Assembly (NCBI GenBank): GCA_963713865.1 | Contig: OY970208.1 | Span: 2,464,001-2,528,000, forward strand | Reading direction: 5' to 3' | DNA: 64,000 nucleotides | From: an uncultured candidate division Zixibacteria bacterium | Lineage (GTDB): Bacteria > Zixibacteria > MSB-5A5 > RBG-16-43-9 | In this document: positions 10,867 through 20,810 of the stretch, one piece after another | Position numbering within the stretch: the stretch's first letter is position 1 | Layout of the letters: each line of letters starts with the position of its first letter | Program-made: the position numbers and the translations under genes | Notes under the pieces: generated by a model | Database searches by the model: none | What the model saw: only the letters and a program-made list of their open reading frames with translations | What the model was told of the DNA's origin: nothing

Positions 10867-12947
10867 AGACGAAAAATCCGGAAAAAATCTTAATAGTGGA
10901 TAATGAAGTTAGAATGCGTGAGAGTCTCAAGACTCTTCTGCATAACTCCGGGTATGAGGTGGAAACGGTAGAAGATGGGGAGAAAGCCATTTGCCTTATG
11001 AATCAAAATAATTTTGAATTGATAATTGCGGATATAAATATACCAAAAGCCAGTGGGATAGAACTGTTAAGAAAAGCAAAGTCTAAAGATAAAGATGCAC
11101 TGGTCATCCTCATGACCGGTTATGGTTCATTGGATTCTGCCTTAGAGGCGATAAAAGGAGGGGCTTATCACTATTTCCTTAAACCGATCGAGTTTTCAGA
11201 CCTGGAGAGAGTTATAAAAAGCGGGCTGGAGAAAAGGAAAATAGATTTGGAAAGAAAAATCCTTTTAAAAGAGCTTAAAGAGAAAAACGTAGAACTCAAG
11301 ACCAAAGTAGAGGAACTGAATGCCCTATACCAGGCTGGTCGAGCCTTGAGTTCCAAAGATAGTTTAGATGTTCTGCTGGCCAATATCCTTTCGCTGGCGA
11401 CTAAAGTGGTTAAGGCTAAAACCGGCTCCATAATGTTGCTGGATCCTTCAAATAGATTTCTTTTTATAAAAACAGCCATCGGTTTGGAAAAAGAGATTAT
11501 AAAGAATACAAAATTAGAGCTGGGCAAAAGCATATCCGGCTATGTGGCGGAAAAAGGGCAACCGCTTTTAGTGGAAGATGTGGAAAAAGATCCCCGCTTC
11601 AAAAGGACCTCCAGGGAAAAGTATGAGACCAAATCCCTGATCTCGGTCCCCTTGAAAGCTAAAGACAAGATCTTGGGTGTCATAAATCTAAATAACAAAC
11701 TCAGTGGTGAGCCTTTTAATACTAAAGATCTTAAATTGATCTCCACCTTTGCGTCCCAGGCAGCTATAGCGATTGACGATGTATATAATTTTGAGCAGAG
11801 CAGGAAAAAAATTGCCCAGCTCTCGGTTTTGCACCAGATAGCTTCACGCCTTGCTACTTTAGACGATTTTGAGGTAATATCGAGATTCATTTTCATGCAG
11901 TTAAAAAAAATAATCCCTATAGACTTTTCCCTGTGGTTTGACTGGAATGAAAAAAATCAAATGATAAGGCTCAGCTCTATCCATGGGCTGGAGGATAGAA
12001 TTTCAGGGTTGGAGATCCCCATTCTGGATTTAGATATATTCGATCGGGAAAAGCTAAGCCAGAAGATTAAAAAAAGGTTAGAGGAGGAAAAGTTTATTAC
12101 TCCTCAGAGCATTGTTTATTCTTTCCCCATATTAACTGAAGGCACTTTCCTGGGAATATTCTGTGCCGGGAATGTAAAAGGCATAGTTTTATCTCAGGAG
12201 GAAGAAGAGATTATCTCCATAGTAGGCTCGCAAGCATCTTCAATCTATGAACGCCAGCGAGCGATCCTGAATGCAACCAGACTTCTGACTATGGGGAATA
12301 TGATGTCCGAGATAACCCACGATCTAAAAAAACCTCTGACCAATTTAAAAGGGGTAATTCAGCTTTTAAAAGAAGGGAAAAGCGAAGGGAAAAAGGAAGA
12401 GCTCCTGAGAATATTGGATCAGGAGATCAACCGAGCGAGTGAGCTGGTCAGGGAGTTAGTGGATTTCTCCAATCCAGGTAAATATCAGTCAGAGAGAAAA
12501 TCGATCCTTCCCATTTTAGAAAAGGCTTTGAAGCTGCTGGAGACGGACGTAAAAAAGAATCGGATTAGAGTGATTAAAGAATATCCGGATAATCTCCCTT
12601 TAATTTTCATTAACGAGAATGAGCTCTTGGAGGCATTTATAAACGTGCTTTTAAATGCGGTTGAGAGTATGCGCGAAGGGGGAGAACTGAAGTTAGAGCT
12701 GAGCAGGTATTATGATACGCAGAGAGAAGACAGTATTCTTCAGTTCTGTATTGCTGACCAGGGTACGGGGATTCCCAAAGAGAACTTGAATCGGATCTTC
12801 GAACGGTATTTTACTACCAAGGAAGGTGGTTCAGGTTTAGGATTATCCATAGTAGAGAGAATTATCAAAGCCCATAACGGATTTATCAAAGTGGAAAGCC
12901 AGTTAAATAAAGGAACAAAATTCTTTATATGTTTACCCTGTGGTTAG
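10863..12947 (+). CDS. Receiver-GAF-GAF-histidine kinase
   Basis: N-terminal receiver (VDNE, ADINIP, KP), GAF, H-box ITHDLKKPL, DQGTGI, GSGLGLSI; ATGA overlap with the upstream gene. Confidence 0.85.
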   Translation: MKTKNPEKILIVDNEVRMRESLKTLLHNSGYEVETVEDGEKAICLMNQNNFELIIADINIPKASGIELLRKAKSKDKDALVILMTGYGSLDSALEAIKGGAYHYFLKPIEFSDLERVIKSGLEKRKIDLERKILLKELKEKNVELKTKVEELNALYQAGRALSSKDSLDVLLANILSLATKVVKAKTGSIMLLDPSNRFLFIKTAIGLEKEIIKNTKLELGKSISGYVAEKGQPLLVEDVEKDPRFKRTSREKYETKSLISVPLKAKDKILGVINLNNKLSGEPFNTKDLKLISTFASQAAIAIDDVYNFEQSRKKIAQLSVLHQIASRLATLDDFEVISRFIFMQLKKIIPIDFSLWFDWNEKNQMIRLSSIHGLEDRISGLEIPILDLDIFDREKLSQKIKKRLEEEKFITPQSIVYSFPILTEGTFLGIFCAGNVKGIVLSQEEEEIISIVGSQASSIYERQRAILNATRLLTMGNMMSEITHDLKKPLTNLKGVIQLLKEGKSEGKKEELLRILDQEINRASELVRELVDFSNPGKYQSERKSILPILEKALKLLETDVKKNRIRVIKEYPDNLPLIFINENELLEAFINVLLNAVESMREGGELKLELSRYYDTQREDSILQFCIADQGTGIPKENLNRIFERYFTTKEGGSGLGLSIVERIIKAHNGFIKVESQLNKGTKFFICLPCG

Positions 12948-13057
12948 AGTCTTTTTTAGTTTTGCCGATAGGGTAGATAATATCCGAGAAACGAAGACTA
13001 CGAGCCAGCCCGCCCTTTGGGCGTCTGGCTTAGCCACCGTAGGAAAGGCTGGAGCTT

Positions 13058-14449
13058 ATGAGAGATAAAGTAAAGTTGTTAGTCATCGATGATGACCCAA
13101 GTGTCCCCTGGCTTTTAAGCGAAGGGTTAGGAGAGAATTATGAGATCGCTTCAGCCCGGGATGGAAAGGAGGGAATTAAGCTTATTTCTGGAAATAGACC
13201 GGATCTGGTATTGCTGGATATCAAAATGTCAGGGCTGAGTGGGTTTGAGGTTCTGGAGCAGATTAAAGAAATGGATCGCTTATTAGAGGTTATAATGCTT
13301 TCCGGACATAGCGAGACTAAAAATGTTGTGGAGTCGATTCGCCGTGGTGCCTCGGAATTTATAACTAAACCTTTTGATGTGAAAGAAGTTGAAATTCATA
13401 TTCAGAAGGTTCTTGAAAAAAATAAGCTGAAAAAAGAGTTAGACCTGCTGAAATCAGAACTTCAGGCAAAAACTCAGTACGATAAGCTAATCGGAGAATC
13501 TCCCAAAATGTTGCAGGTCAAAAGCTTAATAGAACAGGTAGCGGACTCGGAATTGACTGTGCTTATCAGGGGAGAAAGCGGCACCGGCAAGGAGATAGTT
13601 GCCCGGATGATCCATAACCTTTCCAGCCGTAGAAATGAAACCCTTATAAAGCAAAACTGTGCGGCTATACCCCGTGAGCTTTTGGAGGCTGAGCTATTCG
13701 GGTACGAGAAAGGGTCTTTTACCGGGGCGCATAAGACCAAACCAGGCAGGTTTGAGACCGCTCACAAGAGTACCATGTTTTTAGATGAGATCGGGGATCT
13801 GCCTTTAGAGCTTCAATCCAAGCTCCTCCAGGTCCTAGAGCAACATGAGTTCTTAAGAGTTGGTGGGATAAAAAATATTCAGGTGGACGTACGGATTGTC
13901 TGCGCTACAAATCGAGATCTGGAAAAAGCCTTAGAAAAACAGCTTATGCGAGATGATCTATATTACCGTTTAAATGAGATCACTATCCAGTTGCCTTCCT
14001 TAAGAGAGATCAAGGATGATATTCCTTTTCTGGTTGACCATTTTTTAAAGAAGTATAATCTTCAATATAAAAAAGAATATTCTCAACTTTCTCCGAAAAG
14101 TATGAATCTTCTCCAGGAATATGGCTGGCCTGGAAATGTGAGGCAGTTAGAGAATCTGATTAAACAGATCATTGTGCGAGGGAATGAGAATATCATACTG
14201 GAAACTATTAAGGCAACTATAATACCTTCTGAGACTACAGAAGAGCTCGGATCCCAAACTGAAGAAAAAGACTTTTCTCTTAAAAAAAGGGTAGCTAAAA
14301 CTATCGCCAGTCAGGAAAAGAGATTAATCCTGGAAGTTCTTAACAAGACTAACTGGAACCGGAGAAAAGCGGCAGAGCTTTTGGAAATAAGTTATCGCTC
14401 TTTGCTCTATAAGATCAAAGAATACCGGCTCAATGAAACTGAAAAATAG
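13058..14449 (+). CDS. Sigma54-dependent response regulator (NtrC/AtoC family)
   Basis: Receiver, GESGTGKE, GSFTGA (GAFTGA variant), FLDEIG, WPGNVRQLEN, C-terminal Fis-type HTH. Confidence 0.92.
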   Translation: MRDKVKLLVIDDDPSVPWLLSEGLGENYEIASARDGKEGIKLISGNRPDLVLLDIKMSGLSGFEVLEQIKEMDRLLEVIMLSGHSETKNVVESIRRGASEFITKPFDVKEVEIHIQKVLEKNKLKKELDLLKSELQAKTQYDKLIGESPKMLQVKSLIEQVADSELTVLIRGESGTGKEIVARMIHNLSSRRNETLIKQNCAAIPRELLEAELFGYEKGSFTGAHKTKPGRFETAHKSTMFLDEIGDLPLELQSKLLQVLEQHEFLRVGGIKNIQVDVRIVCATNRDLEKALEKQLMRDDLYYRLNEITIQLPSLREIKDDIPFLVDHFLKKYNLQYKKEYSQLSPKSMNLLQEYGWPGNVRQLENLIKQIIVRGNENIILETIKATIIPSETTEELGSQTEEKDFSLKKRVAKTIASQEKRLILEVLNKTNWNRRKAAELLEISYRSLLYKIKEYRLNETEK

Positions 14450-14720
14450 GAAAGAAATAGCTTTTCTCTCTTATGTAAGTTAGTGCAAAGATTATGAACA
14501 GGGTTGCATATAAATTCCACTATTAAGGATGGAATTTGATTTACCACTCACCTGTCGATAAATAGTGTATGTAATTGTCCGAGAGAAAGAATTTTCACGC
14601 ATACCTACTACACCACGTAATCTTTTGTTAATCATCGACTTATATTCTGCGAGTTAAGTTATCAACATTCTAAAATTTATATTGCCAAAATAAAATGCCG
14701 CAGGTGAAGAGTAAGTTCAA

Positions 14721-14736
14721 TGGCATAAGTTTTGCT
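14721..14736 (+). promoter_or_regulatory. Sigma54 -24/-12 promoter
   Basis: TGGCATAAGTTTTGCT (GG-N10-GC) directly downstream of the enhancer-binding protein gene and ~160 nt upstream of the next CDS. Confidence 0.75.
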
Positions 14737-14897
14737 TTTTTATATAGCGCTTAGTGATTAGAAGTTACCTCTTCGACGATGATTTGACAGATCATAAATT
14801 TTAGGCTCGGATGCCAGCTTCATTTTTAAGGAACACAATACAAAGAAAAATGATTGATAAAGTTTTAAATTTTCATATTTATAAAAGGAGTGTTTGA

Positions 14898-15401
14898 ATG
14901 AATAGCTTCAGGGATGAACTTGATCCAAAACCGGATCATGAAGAATGGGAAGAGACAGATCAGTTTTACAAGAGACACCGTAACTTCGGGCTAAGGGCAA
15001 AGCAGGAGTTAAAGCGAGCAGAGAGATACTGTGAATTTCTATCCCTTTTGGTGGTTGATTTAAGCAGTTTAGCAAAATTTGCTAAAGGTGGTGCTATGAA
15101 AAGTTACCAGCGAGTGGAAACGTTTTTTGAAGAGCTGGAAAGACTGGTTAAAGGAAGCGTGCGGGAGACGGATCTGGTCTCTGGGGTTGAAGACCAGAAA
15201 CTTCTCTTGCTCCTTTCCGAAACGCCTAAGGAAGGTGCTAAAAGTCTATCCAAAAGATTAGGTGAAAAGGTAAAATATTTAGTTTCCAGCACCCTGAAAA
15301 CTCCGCCTGGCTGGCAGGTGCCGATGAATATCCTTTCTTATCCGGACCGGAAAGGGAAAGACAAGTTCTTAGGTTTCATTCAGGAGTTGACCCAATCCTG
15401 A
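14898..15401 (+). CDS. Degenerate GGDEF-like domain protein
   Basis: QELKRAERY..LSLLVVDL, VRETDLV and LLSETPKEGA match the GGDEF scaffold, but the active-site position reads SGVEDQK. Confidence 0.65.
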   Translation: MNSFRDELDPKPDHEEWEETDQFYKRHRNFGLRAKQELKRAERYCEFLSLLVVDLSSLAKFAKGGAMKSYQRVETFFEELERLVKGSVRETDLVSGVEDQKLLLLLSETPKEGAKSLSKRLGEKVKYLVSSTLKTPPGWQVPMNILSYPDRKGKDKFLGFIQELTQS

Positions 15402-15860
15402 TTTTTTTAATCACGCTTTGACAAGGATGTCATCTGCAAAAAAGAAAAGAATTAAAAAATAATTAAAATTAGTAAGAACCCAAAATTCAAGAGTTGATTT
15501 ATCTATTTGTTATTTCGTGTTTGGGAGATAAGTGTTTATTTCCCCTCCTTTTCAAGGGGAAGGTAAGGGAGTGGTTATATATGTAGCGTCAGGTTTTATG
15601 CCCGGCGTTCATTTTCCCATTGAAACGGAAAATACATAAATTAAATTCCTCTCCCTTTTGGAGATTGATAGAATCAGAGTATATCCCGCCCTTAGATGGG
15701 CTGATGCTAAAAAAGCAAGAGCAAGCTCTTGCACTCCACTCAAAAACAGGTAGAGACGCATGGCTATGCGTCTCTACGAGAATTTTGTCGGGTCAGGGGA
15801 CCCGTGTGCAACGGCTATATTGGAACTAGTATCCCCACCTTGCCCGCAAGGTGGGATTAA

Positions 15861-15888
15861 GTAGGGGCGTATTGCAATACGCCCCTAC
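15861..15888. repeat. GTAG-type REP GTAGGGGCGTATTGCAATACGCCCCTAC (representative copy)
   Basis: Perfect 28-bp palindrome; related copies at 3743-3770, 4256-4283 and 35613-35640. Confidence 0.85.
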
Positions 15889-15894
15889 GAAAAG

Positions 15895-17271
15895 CTATTC
15901 AGGGAAGATTTTGCCGGGGTTGATTATTCCTTCAGGATCAAAGGCTTGTTTTATCTTTTTCATAAACTCTATTCCGGCTTTGCCCACTTCTTTTTCTAAG
16001 AATCTTGATTTGGTTGTGCCGATGCCGTGCTCTCCGGAAAGAGTTCCGCCTAACTTTAAAGTCAAATCGAACAATTTCTCTACTGCCTGTTCCACCCGGT
16101 GCATCTTGGCTTTATCTCTGGAGTCGGTCATAAAATTAACGTGCAGGTTTCCATCTCCGGCATGCCCGAAGGTATTTATCTGAACGGTGTAATCTTTTGC
16201 CAGCTTTTTGATTCCCCGGACTAACTCCGGAAGCTGACTGGGAGGAACGCAAACGTCTTCATTTACCTTGGTAGGAGCTAATCTTAATAAAGACGCAGAG
16301 ACAGACCGCCGGATTTTCCAGAGATTGTCTTTTTCCTCTTTGGTGTCTGCAAACCTTAAACTTTTAGCATTATTTCTCTGACAGATCTTTATGATATCTT
16401 CTGCTTCTTTATGAGCTTCTGCTTTTTCTCCGCTGGTTTCGATCAAAAGAACTGCTTCTGCTTTTTCGACCAGGTCAGTTTGGATATATTCCAAGACACA
16501 GGCTAAAGTGTCACCGTCGATGAACTCTAAAATAGATGGAGTGATCCCTGAAGCGGTAATATCCGCTACTACTTTTGCGGCGTCCTCCATCTGGTTGAAG
16601 CCGGCTAAGATCGTTTCCTCATAAGCTGGTTTGGTTAAAAGTCTCAAAGCTATTCTGGTTATCAAAGCCAGAGTCCCTTCGGAGCCATTGATAAGTCCGG
16701 AAAGGTCGTAGCCTGAGTCTCCATCCTGGTCCAGGATTCCTGTTCGGATTATCTCTCCATTATAAAGGATACATTCCAATCCCAGGACATAATTTTTGGT
16801 AACTCCATATTTCCTGCCTCTTAACCCTCCGGCACATTCGGCTACATTTCCTCCTAAAGTCGAGGTTTTCAAACTGGATGGGTCAGGCGGGTAGAAAAGC
16901 CCGATTTTTTCCATCTCATCTGCAAAGTTTTGAGTAACCACTCCTGGCTCAACTACCGCATACATCTTATCTTTATCTACAGATAAAATCTTGTTCATCT
17001 GCTCGAAACTGACCACGATTCCACCTTTGACTGGCAACGAGCCGCCAGTATAACCTGAGCCTGCACCCCGGCTGACGATTGAAATTTTATGGGTTGAAGC
17101 ATATTTCATTAGTTCTACCACCTGTTTAGTGTTCTGCGGAATGACCACTGCATCCGGCATAAAGCTGGTGTTGGTGGCATCGTAGGAATAGCAGAGTCTT
17201 TCCTCATAGGTGGAGAGGAGATTTTTAGGGCCGAAAATTCTTTTTAGGTCTTCAAATAGGTTTTCTTTCAT
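15895..17271 (-). CDS. glcD: GlcD-like FAD-linked oxidase subunit (glycolate/D-lactate dehydrogenase)
   Basis: RGAGSGYTGG, YPPDPSS, GGNVAECAGG, GSEGTL, GHAGDGNLH, SGEHGIG, NPGKIF. Confidence 0.85.
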   Translation of the reverse strand: MKENLFEDLKRIFGPKNLLSTYEERLCYSYDATNTSFMPDAVVIPQNTKQVVELMKYASTHKISIVSRGAGSGYTGGSLPVKGGIVVSFEQMNKILSVDKDKMYAVVEPGVVTQNFADEMEKIGLFYPPDPSSLKTSTLGGNVAECAGGLRGRKYGVTKNYVLGLECILYNGEIIRTGILDQDGDSGYDLSGLINGSEGTLALITRIALRLLTKPAYEETILAGFNQMEDAAKVVADITASGITPSILEFIDGDTLACVLEYIQTDLVEKAEAVLLIETSGEKAEAHKEAEDIIKICQRNNAKSLRFADTKEEKDNLWKIRRSVSASLLRLAPTKVNEDVCVPPSQLPELVRGIKKLAKDYTVQINTFGHAGDGNLHVNFMTDSRDKAKMHRVEQAVEKLFDLTLKLGGTLSGEHGIGTTKSRFLEKEVGKAGIEFMKKIKQAFDPEGIINPGKIFPE

Positions 17272-17586
17272 AGCATCATCCTTCTTTGAAAATGGACTAA
17301 GCTTATCTTAATCTATACGAAATAAAATCGAAAATGAAAAGTGGAGTATAAAGCCATCAAGGTCTTGTCCACAGGATCCTGGTGAGGACTATAGCTTTAC
17401 TATTTTCTCTTGTTTGTGCGGGAATTCCCCAGAATGGGTCTTGACGACAATTCCCGAACCAACTTAAAACCAAAGGGCGAAGAATCTACAGACGAAAGAG
17501 ATTTAGTCGGGCAGTTTTCAACAGCCCGACCTACTGCTACTACTGCTACTATTTACAGAAAAAAAATTGCCAATTATTGACGAATA

Positions 17587-18627
17587 TTATAATAGAAAAA
17601 TATTATTTTCATGACATTTACTAATCATGTCATCAGGCCAAATACTGCTTTGGACTTCACCTATATGAGCCTTTCGAAGGTAAAACATGCAAAGCCGCGA
17701 TTGGCCGATACCACCTCCAATAGAAAGTGGCAATTCGTCATTGAGCAGACGCCTGTGGAAGTATAAATCTTTTCTTTTCATTTCACCCTTAATCTTCAGT
17801 TGTCGCAACAGCGTTTCAGCATTTACTCGTATTCCCATTGAAGAAAGCTCATAGGCACAGTTTAAAATCGGGTAGTAAATCAATATGTCTCCATTCAATC
17901 CCTTGTATTTACTACCAATGGGTGTGGACCAATCATCATAATCTGGGGCTCGACCATCATGCGGTTTGCCGTTTTTCAGGCTGCCGCCAATCCCGATGAT
18001 AAAAACAGCACCGTACTCGTTGCACACAGCTTTTTCCCTTTCATCGGGCGTCAGTTCTGGATATCTTTCCTCTAGTTCTTCACTATGTACAAAAGTAATG
18101 TCTTCCGGAAGGATGGGCTCGATGACGCTGTATTGATGGCAAATATATTTTTCTGTTCTTTTTATGACATCATATATTTTTCGGACAACACCTTGGAGAT
18201 AATTTAGGTTTCTTTCGTTTGGTGATATCACCTTTTCCCAATCCCACTGATCCACATATAGCGAATGCAGGTTGTCCAGACATTCATCTGATCGAATGGC
18301 ATTCATATCGGTGTACAGGCCTTCACCATGCTGAAAATTATAATCGGCCAGCATCATACGCTTCCATTTAGCTAAGGATTGCACGATCTCTGCATTAATA
18401 TCATCCAAAGCCTTTATCTTAAAAGAAACGGGTCTCTCTACACCGTTTAGGTCGTCATTGATACCTGTACCTGCTTTGACAAACAGAGGTGCCGTAACCC
18501 GTTGAAGGTTCAACTCAAATGATAAATTGATCTGGAAAAATTCTTTTATTAGCCGGACTGCTTTTTCCGTTTCTTTCAGATCCAACAATGGTTCATACTG
18601 TTCCGGGATAAATAAACTTGTTCTCAT
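17587..18627 (-). CDS. asnA: Aspartate--ammonia ligase
   Basis: GINDDLNGVE, SLAKWKR, YVDQWDWE, HDGRAPDYDDW, ELSSMGIRV, GGGIGQSR. Confidence 0.95.
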   Translation of the reverse strand: MRTSLFIPEQYEPLLDLKETEKAVRLIKEFFQINLSFELNLQRVTAPLFVKAGTGINDDLNGVERPVSFKIKALDDINAEIVQSLAKWKRMMLADYNFQHGEGLYTDMNAIRSDECLDNLHSLYVDQWDWEKVISPNERNLNYLQGVVRKIYDVIKRTEKYICHQYSVIEPILPEDITFVHSEELEERYPELTPDEREKAVCNEYGAVFIIGIGGSLKNGKPHDGRAPDYDDWSTPIGSKYKGLNGDILIYYPILNCAYELSSMGIRVNAETLLRQLKIKGEMKRKDLYFHRRLLNDELPLSIGGGIGQSRLCMFYLRKAHIGEVQSSIWPDDMISKCHENNIFLL

Positions 18628-18696
18628 AAAATACCTCCTTTCATATCGCTGTTAGCAAATTCAAATCTCTCGCTTATTAGATATAATCATCTGAAG

Positions 18697-19015
18697 GCCT
18701 AACATAGGTTTATCTGTACTAATAAAATTACAATTACGGCTATTTCTAACCATAAAAACCTCCTTACTAACTTGTAATTTTATTTAATCATTTACTTTAA
18801 TCGCAAGCAGTTAGATAATAAATATCTTATAAACTTACAATCTTTTATACAGCTAAAAGAAGTCGCATAAAATGAAAATTAAAATATATCTGTAAACAAG
18901 ATAAATTGCCTTGTTTAGATATGCAAGTAAAATTCTTCCGTCAGGTCAGGGGACCTGACGGTCACGTGAAAGAGATTTAGTCGGGCAGTTTTCCACAGCC
19001 CGACCTACTGCTACT
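18697..19015 (-). repeat. Array spacer copy 1: AT-rich attI-like platform plus two REPs
   Basis: Near-identical to 20193-20510 and 22365-22607; minus strand ends AGATAAA-CCTAT-GTTAGGC. Confidence 0.85.
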
Positions 19016-19027
19016 GACTGGAAGTAC

Positions 19028-19083
19028 CCGAACCTTCGCTGGGGCGCGGTGGTAGCAACGTCGGCTGCACGCGCTTGTTAGCT
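19028..19083 (-). other. Partial integron attC site (R''/L'' half) downstream of the GT14 gene
   Basis: Minus strand AGCTAAC-AAGCG-CGTGCAGCCGACG, 25 nt after the stop codon; the matching second arm is absent. Confidence 0.6.
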
Positions 19084-19108
19084 CGCTCTCCGTGATAAGT
19101 CAAAATGG

Positions 19109-19936
19109 CTACGATAGATTTGACTCCAAGATACTCAAGATGCCTCCATCAACGGTTTCGTCGAATTTGCGGGCAAACAAGTCTTGACTTGCCATCAAGA
19201 AATCAGCGTCTTTGGACGTGAAGTCTCTTGGACGTAACTTTATTGTTCCTAGCGGCACCCAGTCAATGGTCCTTTTATCGTCGTTCACAATAGTTGCCTT
19301 GTAGTTAGTATTCATTATTACCGTCTGAAAGAATCCTTCATCAGATATAAAGGTGTGCCGATAGAATCTCTTGAACCTTTTGACCTCAAAGCTGTAGCAC
19401 ATATATTCACAGAACTTCCTGCTCAAGATCATCCACTGATTTCCGATATAAGGAGTCACGCCTCGAAGATACGGTCGCTTGATAGGAGTGCGTAGTATCC
19501 TCTTGCTAAACTCGATACAGTAGTTCTCGATTCGAGATAGTGTATCAGGGCGTATCTCTCTCTGGTTAGCCACCTTGATGAAATCCCTTCCTATATTGAG
19601 GCTAAGAAAATCCTGGATGTGCGTCTGCGACTTTAGGGGGAAATCCTGTGCGCTAAGGTTTATGAAAAATTCCCATTCCGAGCTGATCTTCAATAACTCC
19701 TTGATGCCTCGCAATTCAGCATCTACCATGCTGTATCCCCCCCAAAGAATGCTTTGGCTTTTCAGCAAGGATGCGTTGGCAAAGCTTGACAAGAAATCTT
19801 GTATCTCCGTCTGTAATCCAACGCCTGATCTCTTATCCACATGAACCAGGTAATAGTTGGCGGGATGGTAAATTGCTCTAAAGAGCCTTTTGAACTGGTT
19901 AGGATACCGATGTACCAAGATGAGGTATGCGATCAT
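19109..19936 (-). CDS. Glycosyltransferase family 14 (Core-2/I-branching beta-1,6-GlcNAc transferase-like)
   Basis: IAYLILVH, YLVHVD, WGGYSMV, FINLSAQDFPL, GNQW, DEGFFQT, FARKFD. Confidence 0.88.
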   Translation of the reverse strand: MIAYLILVHRYPNQFKRLFRAIYHPANYYLVHVDKRSGVGLQTEIQDFLSSFANASLLKSQSILWGGYSMVDAELRGIKELLKISSEWEFFINLSAQDFPLKSQTHIQDFLSLNIGRDFIKVANQREIRPDTLSRIENYCIEFSKRILRTPIKRPYLRGVTPYIGNQWMILSRKFCEYMCYSFEVKRFKRFYRHTFISDEGFFQTVIMNTNYKATIVNDDKRTIDWVPLGTIKLRPRDFTSKDADFLMASQDLFARKFDETVDGGILSILESNLS

Positions 19937-20192
19937 GTCCTTAACGATCTCCTCTAATCTGTATCTTCCTCAATAATTAGCGGGAAACTAACTCTGCACA
20001 GCCTCTTTCACTCGTGAAAACCGAGGCTACGGGCAACTTTCCCACAGTTATTGAGAATATACTATAACTTGTATCTCTCGAATTTCTATCATGGCAAGCC
20101 TTTCATGGTTAGGATATGGCTATGCCAGAATTATATTCCGAATACGACGGCTTGGCCGAAAAAAGGGGCGACACCTTTGCATACAACGAGCG

Positions 20193-20510
20193 GGCTAACA
20201 TAGGTTTATCTGTACTAATAAAACTACAATTACAGATATTTCTAACCCATAGAAACTTCCTTGCTAACTTACAATTTTTTTTAATCATTCCCTTAATTCG
20301 CAACGGAAAGATAATAGATATCTAATAAACTTACCATCTTTTATACAGTTAAAAAAAGCCGCATAAAATGAAAATTAAAATATATCTGCAAGCAAGATAA
20401 CTTGCCTTGTTTAGATATGCAAGTGAAATTTTTCGTCAGGGCAGGGGACCTGACGGGCACGTGAAAGAGATTTAGCCGGGCAGTTTTCCACAGTCCGACC
20501 TACTGCTACT
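20193..20510 (-). repeat. Array spacer copy 2: attI-like platform plus two REPs
   Basis: Aligns with copy 1 over its full length; core GTTAGCC. Confidence 0.85.
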
Positions 20511-20514
20511 TGGC

Positions 20515-20688
20515 TTATGCGCTCCGGTTGGCGAACGATCGACCAGCGTTTACACCGGAACCAAACCCTGTTGCAAAGAAACCGATTTTTGCTGCCAGCG
20601 AGACATCTCTCCAAATCACAATTGAGAAGACAACCGCAAAAACAAAAAACATGATTGATATCCCCATAAGATTTTTGTTTGACCTCAT
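20515..20688 (-). CDS. Small two-helix membrane protein (57 aa, MRSNKNLMGIS...)
   Basis: GAAGGAG ribosome-binding site before the ATG at 20688; two hydrophobic segments; the longer ORF start lies inside a repeat. Confidence 0.6.
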   Translation of the reverse strand: MRSNKNLMGISIMFFVFAVVFSIVIWRDVSLAAKIGFFATGFGSGVNAGRSFANRSA

Positions 20689-20746
20689 CCTAATATCTCC
20701 TTCGTGAATTTTAAAATTACAGCCATATTCACACTCAAACCCGGCT

Positions 20747-20803
20747 ACCCAACACAGGTTAATCTGTACCAATAAAATTACAATTACGGCTATTTCCAAC
20801 CAA
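20747..20803 (-). repeat. Array spacer copy 3, truncated to the ~57 core-proximal bp
   Basis: Matches the other copies up to the AAC/GTT core (GTTGGGT). Confidence 0.8.
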
Positions 20804-20810
20804 ACTATGA

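Noticed and set aside
12950-13057. Sigma28-like GCCGATA box or riboswitch before the sigma54 activator
   Set aside because: No convincing -35 element or known aptamer consensus; hairpins resemble local repeat families
14924-14944. Possible further micro-element TCCAAAACCGGATCATGAAGA (also degenerate candidates near 23481-23508 and 31174-31222)
   Set aside because: Too degenerate to call without a background model or empty-site evidence
18836-18852. LexA box in the attI-like repeat (TTTTATACAG)
   Set aside because: Only one half-site, and it is altered in copy 4
20109-20614. Short ORFs 20109-20303, 20116-20325 and 20411-20614
   Set aside because: They are translations of the non-coding repeat and REPs; frames are not conserved among copies
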